Assembly (NCBI GenBank): GCA_947495425.1
Contig: CANLYR010000022.1
Coordinates: 360 to 64,359, forward strand
Direction: 5' to 3'
DNA from: an uncultured Aquimarina sp.
Lineage (GTDB): Bacteria; Bacteroidota; Bacteroidia; Flavobacteriales; Flavobacteriaceae
Length of the DNA stretch: 64,000 nucleotides
Within the stretch, counting starts at the first letter, position 1; every line of letters starts with the position of its first letter. Made by a program: the position numbers and the translations under genes. Shown here piece after piece: positions 26,588 to 37,081 of the stretch. The notes beneath the pieces were generated by a model that saw nothing but the letters and a program-made list of their open reading frames with translations, was not told the DNA's origin and searched no databases.

Positions 26588-27007
26588 CTAATCTTTAAAA
26601 CGCTCCCATTTGATTAGCATAAACTTGTCTCCAAGCTCAGTAACTACAACACCAGCTCCTGATAAATTATGTACATCCTGAAAGTAACCAGATAACTCTG
26701 AAGCGTTTAATATTTTATAGGTTGGATGATAATTAGCATTGTATGGTCTTTTGATGTTATATTTTTTTACCCAGTTCATTATACTCACATGAGAAATGCC
26801 TAAAATACGTTCTATCTCTCTATAGGTTAATCCTTCTAAATACAGCTGTAATGCTTTGTTAACATAATAGTCATTAATCTTCTTTCCTATTTTATTTACA
26901 GAGAAAAAGTAATTGCAGGATTTACACTTATAACGCTGTCTATTATTAACAACTCCACTCTTCGTATACTTCCCTGAGCCACAATTGGGGCATGCATCAA
27001 TATTCAT
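26588..27007 (-). CDS. zinc-ribbon plus HTH protein (IS1 InsA-like N terminus), probably a regulator
   Basis: CPNCGS..17..CKSCN zinc ribbon followed by the HTH LTYREIERILGISHVSIMNWVKKY. No transposase ORF or terminal inverted repeats nearby. Confidence 0.55.
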   Translation of the reverse strand: MNIDACPNCGSGKYTKSGVVNNRQRYKCKSCNYFFSVNKIGKKINDYYVNKALQLYLEGLTYREIERILGISHVSIMNWVKKYNIKRPYNANYHPTYKILNASELSGYFQDVHNLSGAGVVVTELGDKFMLIKWERFKD

Positions 27008-27306
27008 GTATAATAATTTAGCATAAATATATCAAATTAGCGTTAAACTTGTTAATTAAACCTAAAATTATTCAAATTAAATAAAAAAAAAGTCTTAAAA
27101 TATTGAGGTTTCCTTATAAATTGTAAAATATTACGATAGTATAGCCTGCTCGCTTAATATATAGAACAGGAAGTAATTTGCTAAGCTTTAGTATAACCTT
27201 TATTAACCAAAAAAACCTAGCGTTTAATAAACCACAAACACAATTTGTATGTGATAAATCATATTTTTTTATTAGATTTCAATTCCAAAATAACAAAATA
27301 GCCTTC

Positions 27307-27663
27307 ATGAGTAAAAGACATTCTACTAAATATGCCATCTATATAGTTGCTGTATTAACTGCCGCTTTGATAAATGGATTCATTCTTAATTATGTAAAAA
27401 AACATATCAATCAACAAGGATATATCTTGGTATTAATTGATATGCTGGTTGTAATACTAATTTTCGCACCTGCATTTGCTTTAGTAACTAATTATGCTAA
27501 AAAGTTATCAAAGGTATACATTAGAACGTCTAGAAAATTATCAAGTCGCAAGAATGGTATATTTCTTGGATTTGTAATTGCAACTATAATTTTGTTTATT
27601 CTTTATGCTCAGCTAAGGCACGGCTTGCATGTTATTGATGATTTGAAGGCCTTGATTTCATAA
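27307..27663 (+). CDS. hypothetical three-TM membrane protein
   Basis: The ATG at 27307 (MSKRHSTKY) is preferred over the TTG at 27178. Hydrophobic helices are present. Confidence 0.45.
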   Translation: MSKRHSTKYAIYIVAVLTAALINGFILNYVKKHINQQGYILVLIDMLVVILIFAPAFALVTNYAKKLSKVYIRTSRKLSSRKNGIFLGFVIATIILFILYAQLRHGLHVIDDLKALIS

Positions 27664-27666
27664 TTT

Positions 27667-28569
27667 TTACACATCACAAATGGTAATCCCTTCTTGTAGC
27701 GCTTTTAGTGGATCATCATAAGTAGGAATAAATTCTTGAGCAACGTATCCATCAAAACCAGTATCTAGAATAGTTTTTAATATCGCCGGATAATTAAGTT
27801 CTTGTGTAATGTTAATTTCATTTCTTCCAGGAACACCTCCTGTATGATAGTGAGCAATATACTCATTATACTTTGTAATCGTTGCAATAATGTCACCCTC
27901 CATGATTTGCATATGATAGATGTCATAAAGTAATTTAAAATTTGCAGACCCAATTTTATCAACTAGTTTTACACCCCAAGGGGTATGATCACATTGATAA
28001 TCCCTATGATCGACCTTACTATTGAGCAGCTCCATGACCAAAGTAACATTATTTTTCTCGGCATGTTTTACTAACACATCCAAGCCTTGAGCACAATGTT
28101 CCCATCCGGCGTTATCAGAAATGCCATTACGATTACCCGAAAAGACAATAACCTGTTGTATTCCTGCATTCGAAGCTTTAGAAATAAGTTCGAGGTATTG
28201 TTTTTGTAGTTTATCATGGTTTCTTACATCATTAAATCCATCAGTAATGCTAGCAAAAGTGTCGGTAGCCAGTGAGCATTTTAGCCCTGCATCCATAACT
28301 ATTTTCCACTCATCAGGTTTCAGCAAATCAATTGCTTTGAGACCAATTTCTTTACCTTTTGTGGCAAACTCAAGTAAAGGAATATTTTGATAGCACCATC
28401 GACAAGCAGCATGGTTTATATTTCCTTTTAGACCAGTTTGTATGTGTGGCGCATTATCTGGATCTGCATTCGAAAATTGTCCCGTTAGGGTACCTGTTAT
28501 GCCCATAGCACCTATGCTTAACGACATGTTTTTCACTGCTTCTCTACGATTGATTTTTTTTGCTTTCAT
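27667..28569 (-). CDS. xylose-isomerase-like TIM-barrel protein (hydroxypyruvate isomerase/sugar-phosphate isomerase-epimerase family) with a Tat-type signal
   Basis: N-terminal RREAVKNMSLSIGAMG (twin-arginine-like). LVMELLN, H..D..H and YVAQEF metal-site-like pattern. Confidence 0.75.
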   Translation of the reverse strand: MKAKKINRREAVKNMSLSIGAMGITGTLTGQFSNADPDNAPHIQTGLKGNINHAACRWCYQNIPLLEFATKGKEIGLKAIDLLKPDEWKIVMDAGLKCSLATDTFASITDGFNDVRNHDKLQKQYLELISKASNAGIQQVIVFSGNRNGISDNAGWEHCAQGLDVLVKHAEKNNVTLVMELLNSKVDHRDYQCDHTPWGVKLVDKIGSANFKLLYDIYHMQIMEGDIIATITKYNEYIAHYHTGGVPGRNEINITQELNYPAILKTILDTGFDGYVAQEFIPTYDDPLKALQEGITICDV

Positions 28570-28594
28570 ATCTTATAAGATGATTGCGTTGGTA

Positions 28595-29479
28595 TTATGT
28601 CTGATTTGAAATAAAGATATCGAGTTCTTCTTTTAAAAAAACAGGATTAGCCCCCTTACTACCAGCCACCATAGCCCCTATTGCACAAGCGTTATCAATT
28701 GTTTGTTGTGGTTTTTCTCCTTGAAGTAATCCTGAAATTAATGTCGCCAGAAAAGAATCTCCAGCTCCAACGGTATCAATGACTTCCACTTTATAACCCG
28801 TATTGTTATACAACGCATCTTGATACCACAGTGTTGCTCCTTTTCCTCCTTTAGTAATGCATATTTGATCCGTATCGGTATAAGCTGATATCGTTTTTAT
28901 CTGATCTTCAAGGGTATTTTCATTAATTTTGAAAAGTGCACAAACTATATCTAATTCTTCGTCATTTAACTTTATAAAATCTGCTTTTTTCATTAATTCC
29001 AAAAGCAATTTTGCATCATAATGCGGTGGTCTCAGATTAGCATCTAAAATTTTAAACTTTGCCTTCTCTATGAACTGAAGTAATGTATTGCGTGAAACTT
29101 TATTTCTACTGGCCAAGCTTCCAAAAATGATGGCATCAGATTGTACTACTTCTTGGCTTAAAACTTCAGAATACTCAATAAAATCCCAGGCTACAGGATG
29201 ACTAATCTCATATGTTGCCGTATTTTCGTCATCAAGTGTAACTATAACTTCTCCTGTTTTGTATGCATCATCTTTCTGAAAAGTATCCACAGGCATGCCA
29301 TGTTTCTTTACATAATTCAGTATACCATGACCAAGATCATCATCACCTATTCTGGTTATGATTGATGAATCTATTCCCATTGAATGCAATCGTAAAGCGA
29401 CATTGAGTGGTGCGCCTCCTATTTTTTTATGTTCAGGAAATATATCCCAAAGTACTTCGCCAAAACAGGTAATTTTCAT
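28595..29479 (-). CDS. PfkB family carbohydrate kinase (fructokinase-like)
   Basis: GGAPLNVA N-terminal motif and C-terminal DTVGAGDSF...GANP signature. Confidence 0.85.
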   Translation of the reverse strand: MKITCFGEVLWDIFPEHKKIGGAPLNVALRLHSMGIDSSIITRIGDDDLGHGILNYVKKHGMPVDTFQKDDAYKTGEVIVTLDDENTATYEISHPVAWDFIEYSEVLSQEVVQSDAIIFGSLASRNKVSRNTLLQFIEKAKFKILDANLRPPHYDAKLLLELMKKADFIKLNDEELDIVCALFKINENTLEDQIKTISAYTDTDQICITKGGKGATLWYQDALYNNTGYKVEVIDTVGAGDSFLATLISGLLQGEKPQQTIDNACAIGAMVAGSKGANPVFLKEELDIFISNQT

Positions 29480-29748
29480 TGTATTGATGCTTTTATTACA
29501 ATGTAAGGATTTATTTTATTATCATCTACACTAAAAAAGCAACCCCCGATGGTTAACTACTCCGTCAGGGGTCTAGGCTGAAGCCAAAAAATTAAACTAA
29601 CTCAACTTACACTCAATTAAACTTGCTTCAGCTTTCCCTACTATTTTGAAAATCAAAATTTTTATGATCGGCTGATCCCGAAACACGTTCAGGATTTAAT
29701 TCAACTAGCCATTTTCAATGCGCTTTGGGTTTTGAAAATAGAGTCTCA

Positions 29749-31101
29749 TTAAACTTGTTTCAGCTTTGCTTCAATATTGTTAAGACATAGATTATTTATA
29801 CTTCCTATATGGCTATGTTTTGTGTTTTTTTCTGGTTTGTACTTTCCGTTTTCAATATCTAATCCGATTTTAACATAAGCATCTCTAAACGACATGCCCT
29901 GCATCACCAATTCATTTAATGTATCAACACTAAACAAATAATCATATTTATCATCGTTGAGGATATCTTTGTTTACTTTGACCTGCTCAAATGCATATAT
30001 TGCCATTTCTAATGATGCCTTCATATCCTGAATTGCAGGTATAATTCCTTCTTTTAACAATTGTAAATCTCGATGATATCCACTTGGTAAATTATTGGTT
30101 AACAGGCTCAATTCGTAGGGTAACGCTTGAATTTTATTACATTTTCCACGAATTAATTCGAATACGTCGGGATTCTTTTTATGAGGCATAATGCTTGATC
30201 CAGTAGTCAATTCTGATGGAATACTCATGAAGTTAAAATTCTGACTCATATACAGACAGACATCCATAGCAAGCTTCGAGAGTGTTCCTGCCACGCTACT
30301 CATTGCAAAAGCTGCAGATTTTTCAGATTTACCTCTACTCATTTGGGCGGCTACCACATTATATTTCAACGTTTCAAAACCTAATTCTCGGGTTGTGAAT
30401 TCTCTATCTATAGGAAATGAGCTCCCATATCCTGCTGCACTACCTAGTGGATTTTGATCTACAACTTTAATTGCTGCATTTACAAAATACAAATCATCAA
30501 CAAAACTCTCGGCATACGCAGAAAACCATAACCCAAACGAGGAAGGCATAGCAATTTGTAAATGCGTATACCCAGGGAGCAAAACATCTTTGTGTTTTTC
30601 TGCGGAAGTTAACAGGTTTTGAGATAACTCTTTTACCAGAGATTTAATCTGTAATAATTCGTCTTTTAAATACAAATGCATGGCTACCAAAACCTGATCA
30701 TTTCTTGATCTGGCCGTATGTATTCGCTTACCGGCATCTCCTATCCTTTTGGTGAGTTCAAATTCAATTTTAGAATGTACATCTTCAAATTGATCTTCAA
30801 TTACAAAAGAACCTTCTTCAATGGCTACTGCTAAATTATTTAGTTCTTTTTCGATATCTGAAATATCTTGATCAGAAAGCAGCTTGATTTTATGTAACAT
30901 TTTGGCATGTGCCAAGGTGGCCTTGATATCGTATTTGGCTAGTACCAAATCTAATTGTCTGTCATTACCTACGGTAAATATATCTATCTTTTGATCTGTT
31001 GGTAATCCTTTATCCCAGAGTTTATGGCCCCCAACTCCCAAAGTGGTAGTTTCTTTTTCTCTATTGATATTTTCCTTCTCCATTACAATACATTTTCTCA
31101 A
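29749..31101 (-). CDS. argH: argininosuccinate lyase
   Basis: KLWDKG start region, HTARSRNDQV, GYTHLQIAMP and SSIMPHKKNPD fumarate-lyase signature. The exact start is uncertain (31083 is possible). Confidence 0.9.
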   Translation of the reverse strand: MRKCIVMEKENINREKETTTLGVGGHKLWDKGLPTDQKIDIFTVGNDRQLDLVLAKYDIKATLAHAKMLHKIKLLSDQDISDIEKELNNLAVAIEEGSFVIEDQFEDVHSKIEFELTKRIGDAGKRIHTARSRNDQVLVAMHLYLKDELLQIKSLVKELSQNLLTSAEKHKDVLLPGYTHLQIAMPSSFGLWFSAYAESFVDDLYFVNAAIKVVDQNPLGSAAGYGSSFPIDREFTTRELGFETLKYNVVAAQMSRGKSEKSAAFAMSSVAGTLSKLAMDVCLYMSQNFNFMSIPSELTTGSSIMPHKKNPDVFELIRGKCNKIQALPYELSLLTNNLPSGYHRDLQLLKEGIIPAIQDMKASLEMAIYAFEQVKVNKDILNDDKYDYLFSVDTLNELVMQGMSFRDAYVKIGLDIENGKYKPEKNTKHSHIGSINNLCLNNIEAKLKQV

Positions 31102-31148
31102 TTATTTTTAGTCTTTTTTATTTACATCATTTAGTCTCCTTGTAAAGA

Positions 31149-32219
31149 TTAGGGAGCCATTATTCCTTCTAAAATTTTTATGTAAAGTGCTATTCCTTCT
31201 TTAATCTCGTCTACATAAATAAATTCGTTTGCAGAATGTGATCTTGTAGAATCACCAGGCCCTAATTTTAACGATGGACAACTTAGTACTGACTGATCAG
31301 ACAATGTTGGAGATCCATAGGTTGTTCTGCCTAATTTGATTCCTGATTTTACGATATCATGATCTCGAGGAATAGACGAAGATCCTAAATGTAAAGATCT
31401 GGGTTTGACTTTGACATTATCAGGCATCACCTGTTTTATAATTTCCAACACTTCCACGTTTTTATAGTGATCGTTTACTCTAACATCAACCACCAAATCA
31501 CAGTGAGACGGCACTACATTATGTTGGTTTCCTGCATTAATCTGTGTTACTGTCATTTTTACTTTTCCTAGCGTATCTGATTCTTTTTCAAACTCAAACT
31601 TCTCAAACCATTGGATCACTTCCAGGGCATTATAAATTGAATTATCATCATTTGGATGTGCGGCATGGCTTGCTGTTCCTTGTATAGATACGTCTAATAC
31701 CAATAACCCTTTTTCGGCTATAGCCAATTGCATCAACGTGGGTTCTCCTACAATGGCAAAATCCACATTCTTTAAATGTTTTAAAACACTATTTAACCCC
31801 AGGACTCCACTACTCTCTTCTTCTGCAGAAGCAACAATGACCAAATTGTAGTTCAGGTCTTCTTTACTATAAAAATAAGTGAAGGTGGCTATTAATGAGA
31901 CTAAACATCCTCCAGCATCATTACTACCCAATCCAAATAATTTACCATCTTCTACAAAAGCCTTAAATGGGTCATTTGTATAATTTCCATTGGGTTTTAC
32001 CGTATCATGATGTGAGTTTAATAAAACTGTAGGTTTACTATCATCAAAATATTTATTGTATGCCCATACGTTGTTATCCGCTCTCTCGAAAGGAATATCA
32101 TGCTCAATAAACCAATTTTCGATTAATTGTGCGGTATGTTCTTCTTCGGATGAAAAAGATGGTGTCTCAATTAGTGTATGCAAGAGACTGATCGCTTGTT
32201 TTGTTAGTTTTTGTATCAT
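31149..32219 (-). CDS. argE: M20 family deacylase (acetylornithine deacetylase ArgE-like)
   Basis: NSHHDTV, SNDAGG, EEESSG and GEPT metal-ligand motifs. Position within the arg operon. Confidence 0.75.
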   Translation of the reverse strand: MIQKLTKQAISLLHTLIETPSFSSEEEHTAQLIENWFIEHDIPFERADNNVWAYNKYFDDSKPTVLLNSHHDTVKPNGNYTNDPFKAFVEDGKLFGLGSNDAGGCLVSLIATFTYFYSKEDLNYNLVIVASAEEESSGVLGLNSVLKHLKNVDFAIVGEPTLMQLAIAEKGLLVLDVSIQGTASHAAHPNDDNSIYNALEVIQWFEKFEFEKESDTLGKVKMTVTQINAGNQHNVVPSHCDLVVDVRVNDHYKNVEVLEIIKQVMPDNVKVKPRSLHLGSSSIPRDHDIVKSGIKLGRTTYGSPTLSDQSVLSCPSLKLGPGDSTRSHSANEFIYVDEIKEGIALYIKILEGIMAP

Positions 32220-32223
32220 TATT

Positions 32224-33006
32224 TTATAGACTCAAAGTCGTGTGTTTGATCGTATTATCTTTAATAAAATCTGCATTTGCAATATGTACTTTACTTACGT
32301 TTTTCTGTAATGCATCAAAACAATTTTGAAGCTTTGGCAGCATCCCATTTGCAAGTACTCCTGCATCTATCAATTTTGTATACTTTGCGAAGTCTATGTG
32401 TTCGATTACTGATTCTTTGTCTTCAATATTTTCTAAAACCCCTTTTAGTTCAAAACAATAAAACAGCGACACCTCATAATCTACGCTCATAGCAGAAGCA
32501 ATTTCAGATGCAATTGTATCTGCATTTGTGTTTAATAGCTGCCCAGTTGCATCGTGAGTAACCGCACAAAATACGGGAGTTATACCTTGATCCAAAAAAG
32601 ACTGTATAACAATATGATTCACCTTTACAACATCACCAACAAAACCATAGTCAACAAATTGAACCGGTCTTTTTTCGGCAAGAATCACATTACCATCTGC
32701 TCCTGTTAATCCTAATGCATTACATTGTTGTTTTTGTAATCCAGAAACTATTGTTTTATTCAATAATCCGGCATAGGTCATTACAACTATATTAAGATTC
32801 TCTGCAGATGTAATTCTACGTCCATCAATCATTTCAGTTTTTACCTCTAATTTATCTGCGAGTTGTGTTGCAGATTTACCTCCACCATGAACCAGAATTT
32901 TGGGTCCTTCAATCTTAGAAAAATCTTCTAAAAAAGATGTTAGGGATTCTTGATTTTCTATAATATTCCCACCAATTTTGGCTACTAAAAGTTTTTGTTT
33001 TTTCAT
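32224..33006 (-). CDS. argB: acetylglutamate kinase
   Basis: VAKIGGN, VHGGG and NTNADT amino-acid-kinase motifs. The start MKKQKL at 33006 is preferred. Confidence 0.9.
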   Translation of the reverse strand: MKKQKLLVAKIGGNIIENQESLTSFLEDFSKIEGPKILVHGGGKSATQLADKLEVKTEMIDGRRITSAENLNIVVMTYAGLLNKTIVSGLQKQQCNALGLTGADGNVILAEKRPVQFVDYGFVGDVVKVNHIVIQSFLDQGITPVFCAVTHDATGQLLNTNADTIASEIASAMSVDYEVSLFYCFELKGVLENIEDKESVIEHIDFAKYTKLIDAGVLANGMLPKLQNCFDALQKNVSKVHIANADFIKDNTIKHTTLSL

Positions 33007-33068
33007 TTTGTAATCCTTACACCATAATCCCAACCCTCTCCCTCAATGAAGAGAGCATAGGGGCACAT

Positions 33069-34016
33069 TTATTTATTCTTCAATATTTTTTTTAACACCA
33101 ATTGCGCAGCATATGTTCTGTTATTTGCTTGCTCGATTACTATCGAATTTTTGCTATCAATTACAGCATCATCAACAACTACATTTCTGCGTACTGGTAA
33201 GCAATGCATAAACTTTGCATCATTAGTCAACTTCATTTTTTCTTCTGTAATTTTCCATGTAAAATCATTCTGTAATGTTTTACCATACTCGTGATATGCG
33301 CTCCAGTTCTTTACATAAATAAAATCTGCATCTCTGAATGCGTTTTTCTGGTTGTAATCAATAGGCACCTCTTTAGTAATCTGGTTGGCTAACTCAAATC
33401 CTACCGGATGGGTAATTACAAAATGTGCATCCATGCGTTGCATCATTTCTACAAATGAATTCGCAACAGCCTGGGGCAAAGCTTTTGGATGTGGTGCCCA
33501 TGATAGTACAACCTTAGGTTTATCTGTTTTTTTATGCTCAGCAATGGTAATAGCATCTGTTAATGCCTGTAATGGATGTCCTGTAGCACTCTCCATATTT
33601 ACGACAGGAATAGTAGCATACCTTATAAAATTTTTTACTACTTTTTCGCTATAATCTTCTTCTCTGTTTTCAAGTTTTGCAAAAGCTCGTATGGCTAATA
33701 CATCACAATATTGAGATACTACTTGAGCTGCCTCCTTTACATGCTCAGAATGTCCCTGATCCATTACGGTTCCGTCGCCATATTCAAGTGACCAACCTTC
33801 TCCTGCAAAATTCATAACGATTACATTCATCCCAAGGTTTAAAGCTGCTTTTTGGGTACTAAGACGTGTTCTAAGACTGGGATTAAAAAATAATAATCCT
33901 ATCGTCTTATCTTGTCCCAAAGTTTTATCCAACAATGGATTTTTTTTCATTTCAATTGCTTCATATACCCAATCCGAGAGTGAATCAATATCCTGTATAG
34001 AAAAATAGTTTTTCAT
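33069..34016 (-). CDS. argF': N-acyl (acetyl/succinyl)-L-ornithine carbamoyltransferase
   Basis: SLRTR carbamoyl-phosphate motif, HPLQ, HCLP, and the SWAPHPKALPQAV segment typical of the AOTCase/SOTCase group found in Bacteroidota. Confidence 0.8.
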   Translation of the reverse strand: MKNYFSIQDIDSLSDWVYEAIEMKKNPLLDKTLGQDKTIGLLFFNPSLRTRLSTQKAALNLGMNVIVMNFAGEGWSLEYGDGTVMDQGHSEHVKEAAQVVSQYCDVLAIRAFAKLENREEDYSEKVVKNFIRYATIPVVNMESATGHPLQALTDAITIAEHKKTDKPKVVLSWAPHPKALPQAVANSFVEMMQRMDAHFVITHPVGFELANQITKEVPIDYNQKNAFRDADFIYVKNWSAYHEYGKTLQNDFTWKITEEKMKLTNDAKFMHCLPVRRNVVVDDAVIDSKNSIVIEQANNRTYAAQLVLKKILKNK

Positions 34017-34041
34017 ATTTATTTTTTATTTAGCAACATGC

Positions 34042-35187
34042 TCATACACTCTCCTTTTGTTCGACCAATACACTTTGCAATGCTTTTACAAACCGATCTA
34101 TCTCTTTTTTCCCAATAGTGAGTGGCGGTAGTATTCGTAATACTTTTTTATTCATTGCTCCGCCTGTAAATATATGTTGATCATAAATCATCTTTTTTCT
34201 CAGTTCGCCAACTTCAAAATCAAATTCCAAACCTAACATTAGTCCTTTACCTTTTATTTTATCTACCCTTGGTATCTTCATCGCCTGCGAAACGAAATAT
34301 TCACCTATATTTTTGGCATTGTCTATCAGGTTTTCTGCTTCAATCACTTCTAGCACAGATAATGTGGCAACACAAGCAAGGTGATTTCCTCCAAAAGTAG
34401 TTCCTAATAACCCGTAAGATGGTTTTATATGAGGAGCAATCATTATACCACCAACAGGAAATCCATTGCCCATTCCTTTGGCTATCGAGATGATGTCTGG
34501 AGTAATCCCATGGTATTGATGTGCGAAAAATTTTCCTGTTCTACCAAATCCGGATTGCACTTCATCCAAAATCAGAACCGCACCGAACTTGTTACATAAA
34601 GTTTCTAATTCAGTAAAAAATGTTGTAATCCCTTCATCTAGTCCTCCTACACCTTGTATAGGCTCAATGATCACAGCACATACGTCACCTTTTTCTAATT
34701 CAGTTTTTACAAACTCAATCTGGTTTAACGGCAAAAAGGTGACGTCTTGCTGGTTATTTAGTGGTGCATTTATCTTTGGATTATCTGTTGCAGCTACTGC
34801 TGCAGAAGTTCTACCATGAAAAGCATTCTCAAATGCTATGACTCTTGATTTCCCTGTATGAAAAGACGCCAATTTTAAAGCGTTTTCATTAGCTTCGGCA
34901 CCAGAATTGCATAAAAACAATTGATAGTCGTCATAACCAGATAATTTGCCTAGTTTCTCTGCTAATTGTACTTGTAGATTGTTTTGAACCGCATTAGAAT
35001 AAAACCCTATGTTGTCTACTTGTTCTTTTAATCTTTTGATATAATGTGGATGCGTATGACCAATTGAAATCACAGCATGCCCTCCATACAAATCAAGATA
35101 TGTCGTTCCGTTTTTATCTACCACAGTGCAATCGTAAGCCTTTACAGGTTCTACATCATATAATGGGTATACGTCGAATAGTTTCAT
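34042..35187 (-). CDS. argD: class-III aminotransferase (acetyl/succinylornithine aminotransferase)
   Basis: NSGAEANE, DEVQSGFGRTG and SIAKGMGNGFP (PLP-Lys) motifs. Confidence 0.85.
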   Translation of the reverse strand: MKLFDVYPLYDVEPVKAYDCTVVDKNGTTYLDLYGGHAVISIGHTHPHYIKRLKEQVDNIGFYSNAVQNNLQVQLAEKLGKLSGYDDYQLFLCNSGAEANENALKLASFHTGKSRVIAFENAFHGRTSAAVAATDNPKINAPLNNQQDVTFLPLNQIEFVKTELEKGDVCAVIIEPIQGVGGLDEGITTFFTELETLCNKFGAVLILDEVQSGFGRTGKFFAHQYHGITPDIISIAKGMGNGFPVGGIMIAPHIKPSYGLLGTTFGGNHLACVATLSVLEVIEAENLIDNAKNIGEYFVSQAMKIPRVDKIKGKGLMLGLEFDFEVGELRKKMIYDQHIFTGGAMNKKVLRILPPLTIGKKEIDRFVKALQSVLVEQKESV

Positions 35188-35269
35188 ATTTTCTTAATTA
35201 AAATTCTGACTAAAAAGCCCTGACCCCAATCCCTGCCTGCAAGGCAGGCTCTCCCTGAGGTAGAGGGAG

Positions 35270-36061
35270 CTATTTAATTGTATTTATTTTTTCATAAGAA
35301 GCCATCACTCCTTTGATTACCGAGGAACTCAGACCTCTGTGTTCCATTTCATTTAATCCTTCAATTGTGCAACCACGAGGTGTCGTTACTTTATCGATCT
35401 CGCGTTCGGGATGGGCTCCGTTTTCTGCAACCAGTGTTGCTGCTCCTATGGCAGTTTGCACTGCAATGATTTGCGCTTCATGCGGATGAAATCCCATTTG
35501 AATGCCTCCTTGTATCATTGCTCTCAAAAATCTTAAAAAGAAAGCTATTCCGCTGGCTCCAAGAACTGTAGCTGCTTGCATTAAACGTTCTTCGATCACT
35601 AAGGTTTCGCCAATAGTATCAAACATTTTTTTAACTATTGATACTTCTTCTTTTACGTCATCATTTGCAGCAATGCAAGTCATCGAAAGTTTTTTTGCAG
35701 CACCAGTATTGGGCATTACGCGTACCACTTTGTTAGCAACCACATCGTTAATTTCGGCAATTGAGGTACCCGTAACTGTAGAAATTAAAACCTGATCACT
35801 AGTAACACTATCTCTAATTTCATGTAACACAACATCTAATTGTCTGGGTTGTACACAAAGAATTATCCACTTTACATTTTGTATCGATGTTGTAATATCC
35901 TGCGAAGTTGATACTCCTAATTTTTCTTCGACTTCTTTTAGGTTATAGGTTGATTTATCCACCACAGTTATATGTTCTGCTTCAAACAAATCACTACTGG
36001 CTAATCCTGATAGTATCGACTTTCCTAAGTTACCTCCTCCTATGATTGTTATTTTGTTCAT
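35270..36061 (-). CDS. proC: pyrroline-5-carboxylate reductase
   Basis: IIGGGNLG Rossmann motif and C-terminal VTTPRGCTIEGL signature. Confidence 0.85.
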   Translation of the reverse strand: MNKITIIGGGNLGKSILSGLASSDLFEAEHITVVDKSTYNLKEVEEKLGVSTSQDITTSIQNVKWIILCVQPRQLDVVLHEIRDSVTSDQVLISTVTGTSIAEINDVVANKVVRVMPNTGAAKKLSMTCIAANDDVKEEVSIVKKMFDTIGETLVIEERLMQAATVLGASGIAFFLRFLRAMIQGGIQMGFHPHEAQIIAVQTAIGAATLVAENGAHPEREIDKVTTPRGCTIEGLNEMEHRGLSSSVIKGVMASYEKINTIK

Positions 36062-36103
36062 CTTGTTTTTATTTCCACCCTCTCCTTCAATAGAGAGGGA
36101 GTT

Positions 36104-37081
36104 TCAAAAGGCATTTGCTTTTAATTCTAACCCTGTTTCTTCTTCTAGTCCAAACATTAGATTCATGTTGTGAATCGCCTGTCCTGATGCCCCTTTTATT
36201 AAATTATCTAGTATTGAAGTAATTAGTAGCATTCCATTTTTTTTACTGATATGAAGAATACATTTATTCGTATTTGTTACTTGCTTTAAGTAAATTTCTT
36301 CATCAGAAATTATAGTAAACGCTGCATCAGCATAAAAAGATTTGTAGAGCGCTTTTGCTTCTTCTTCATCTCCATCATAGCTAGTGTACATCGTAGCATA
36401 TATCCCTTTACTGAAATTTCCTCTATTTGGAATGAAGAAGACAGGAGCATCAAAATCAGTTTGTAATTGTTCAAGGCTTTGTTCTATCTCACCCAAATGC
36501 TGATGTGTAAATACTTTATAACTTGAAAAATTATTATCTCTCCAACTAAAATGTGTTGTCCCGCCTGGGAGTACTCCTGCTCCTGTACTTCCCGTTGTGG
36601 CATTGATGTGCACTGTATCTGTGAGTTTTCCAGCTGAAGCTAATGGCAATAATCCTAGTTGGATAGCTGTAGCAAAACATCCTGGATTGGCAATATTACT
36701 GGCAGACTGAATCTTTTCTTTTTGTAATTCTGGTAACCCATATACAAAATCTCTTTGTAAAAAACTCTGATCTTTATGTAACCTAAAATCATTGCCCAAA
36801 TCAATCACTTTCGTACTTGAAGAAAAAGTATTGGCTTCTAAAAATGATCTTGATCTCCCGTGCCCCAGGCATAAAAAGAGTACATCTACATTTGGATTAA
36901 TGGTAGCTGTGAATTTGAGCGCTAACTCCCCTATTAAATCAGGATGTTGCTTATAAATTGAGTTCCCTGCATTGGTTGTACTATACACAAAATTTAGAGT
37001 TACTTCTGGGTGATGCACTAATAACCGCAACAGTTCTCCGGCCGTATATCCCGACCCACCTATAATTCCTACTTGTATCAT
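36104..37081 (-). CDS. argC: N-acetyl-gamma-glutamyl-phosphate reductase
   Basis: GGSGYTAGELLRLL and the active-site context ANPGCFAT. Confidence 0.9.
   Translation of the reverse strand: MIQVGIIGGSGYTAGELLRLLVHHPEVTLNFVYSTTNAGNSIYKQHPDLIGELALKFTATINPNVDVLFLCLGHGRSRSFLEANTFSSSTKVIDLGNDFRLHKDQSFLQRDFVYGLPELQKEKIQSASNIANPGCFATAIQLGLLPLASAGKLTDTVHINATTGSTGAGVLPGGTTHFSWRDNNFSSYKVFTHQHLGEIEQSLEQLQTDFDAPVFFIPNRGNFSKGIYATMYTSYDGDEEEAKALYKSFYADAAFTIISDEEIYLKQVTNTNKCILHISKKNGMLLITSILDNLIKGASGQAIHNMNLMFGLEEETGLELKANAF

Noticed and set aside
26588-27007. IS1 family insertion sequence
   Set aside because: Only an InsA-like N-terminal domain is present. There is no InsB, no frameshift motif and no terminal inverted repeats.
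29577-29769. Repeat AAACTTG(C/T)TTCAGCTTT at 29619 and 29751, plus GCTGAAGC/GCTTCAGC inverted repeats downstream of argH
   Set aside because: The repeats are short (about 19 bp), and one copy is simply the argH 3' coding end. This is probably a small duplication or terminator remnant and too weak to call.
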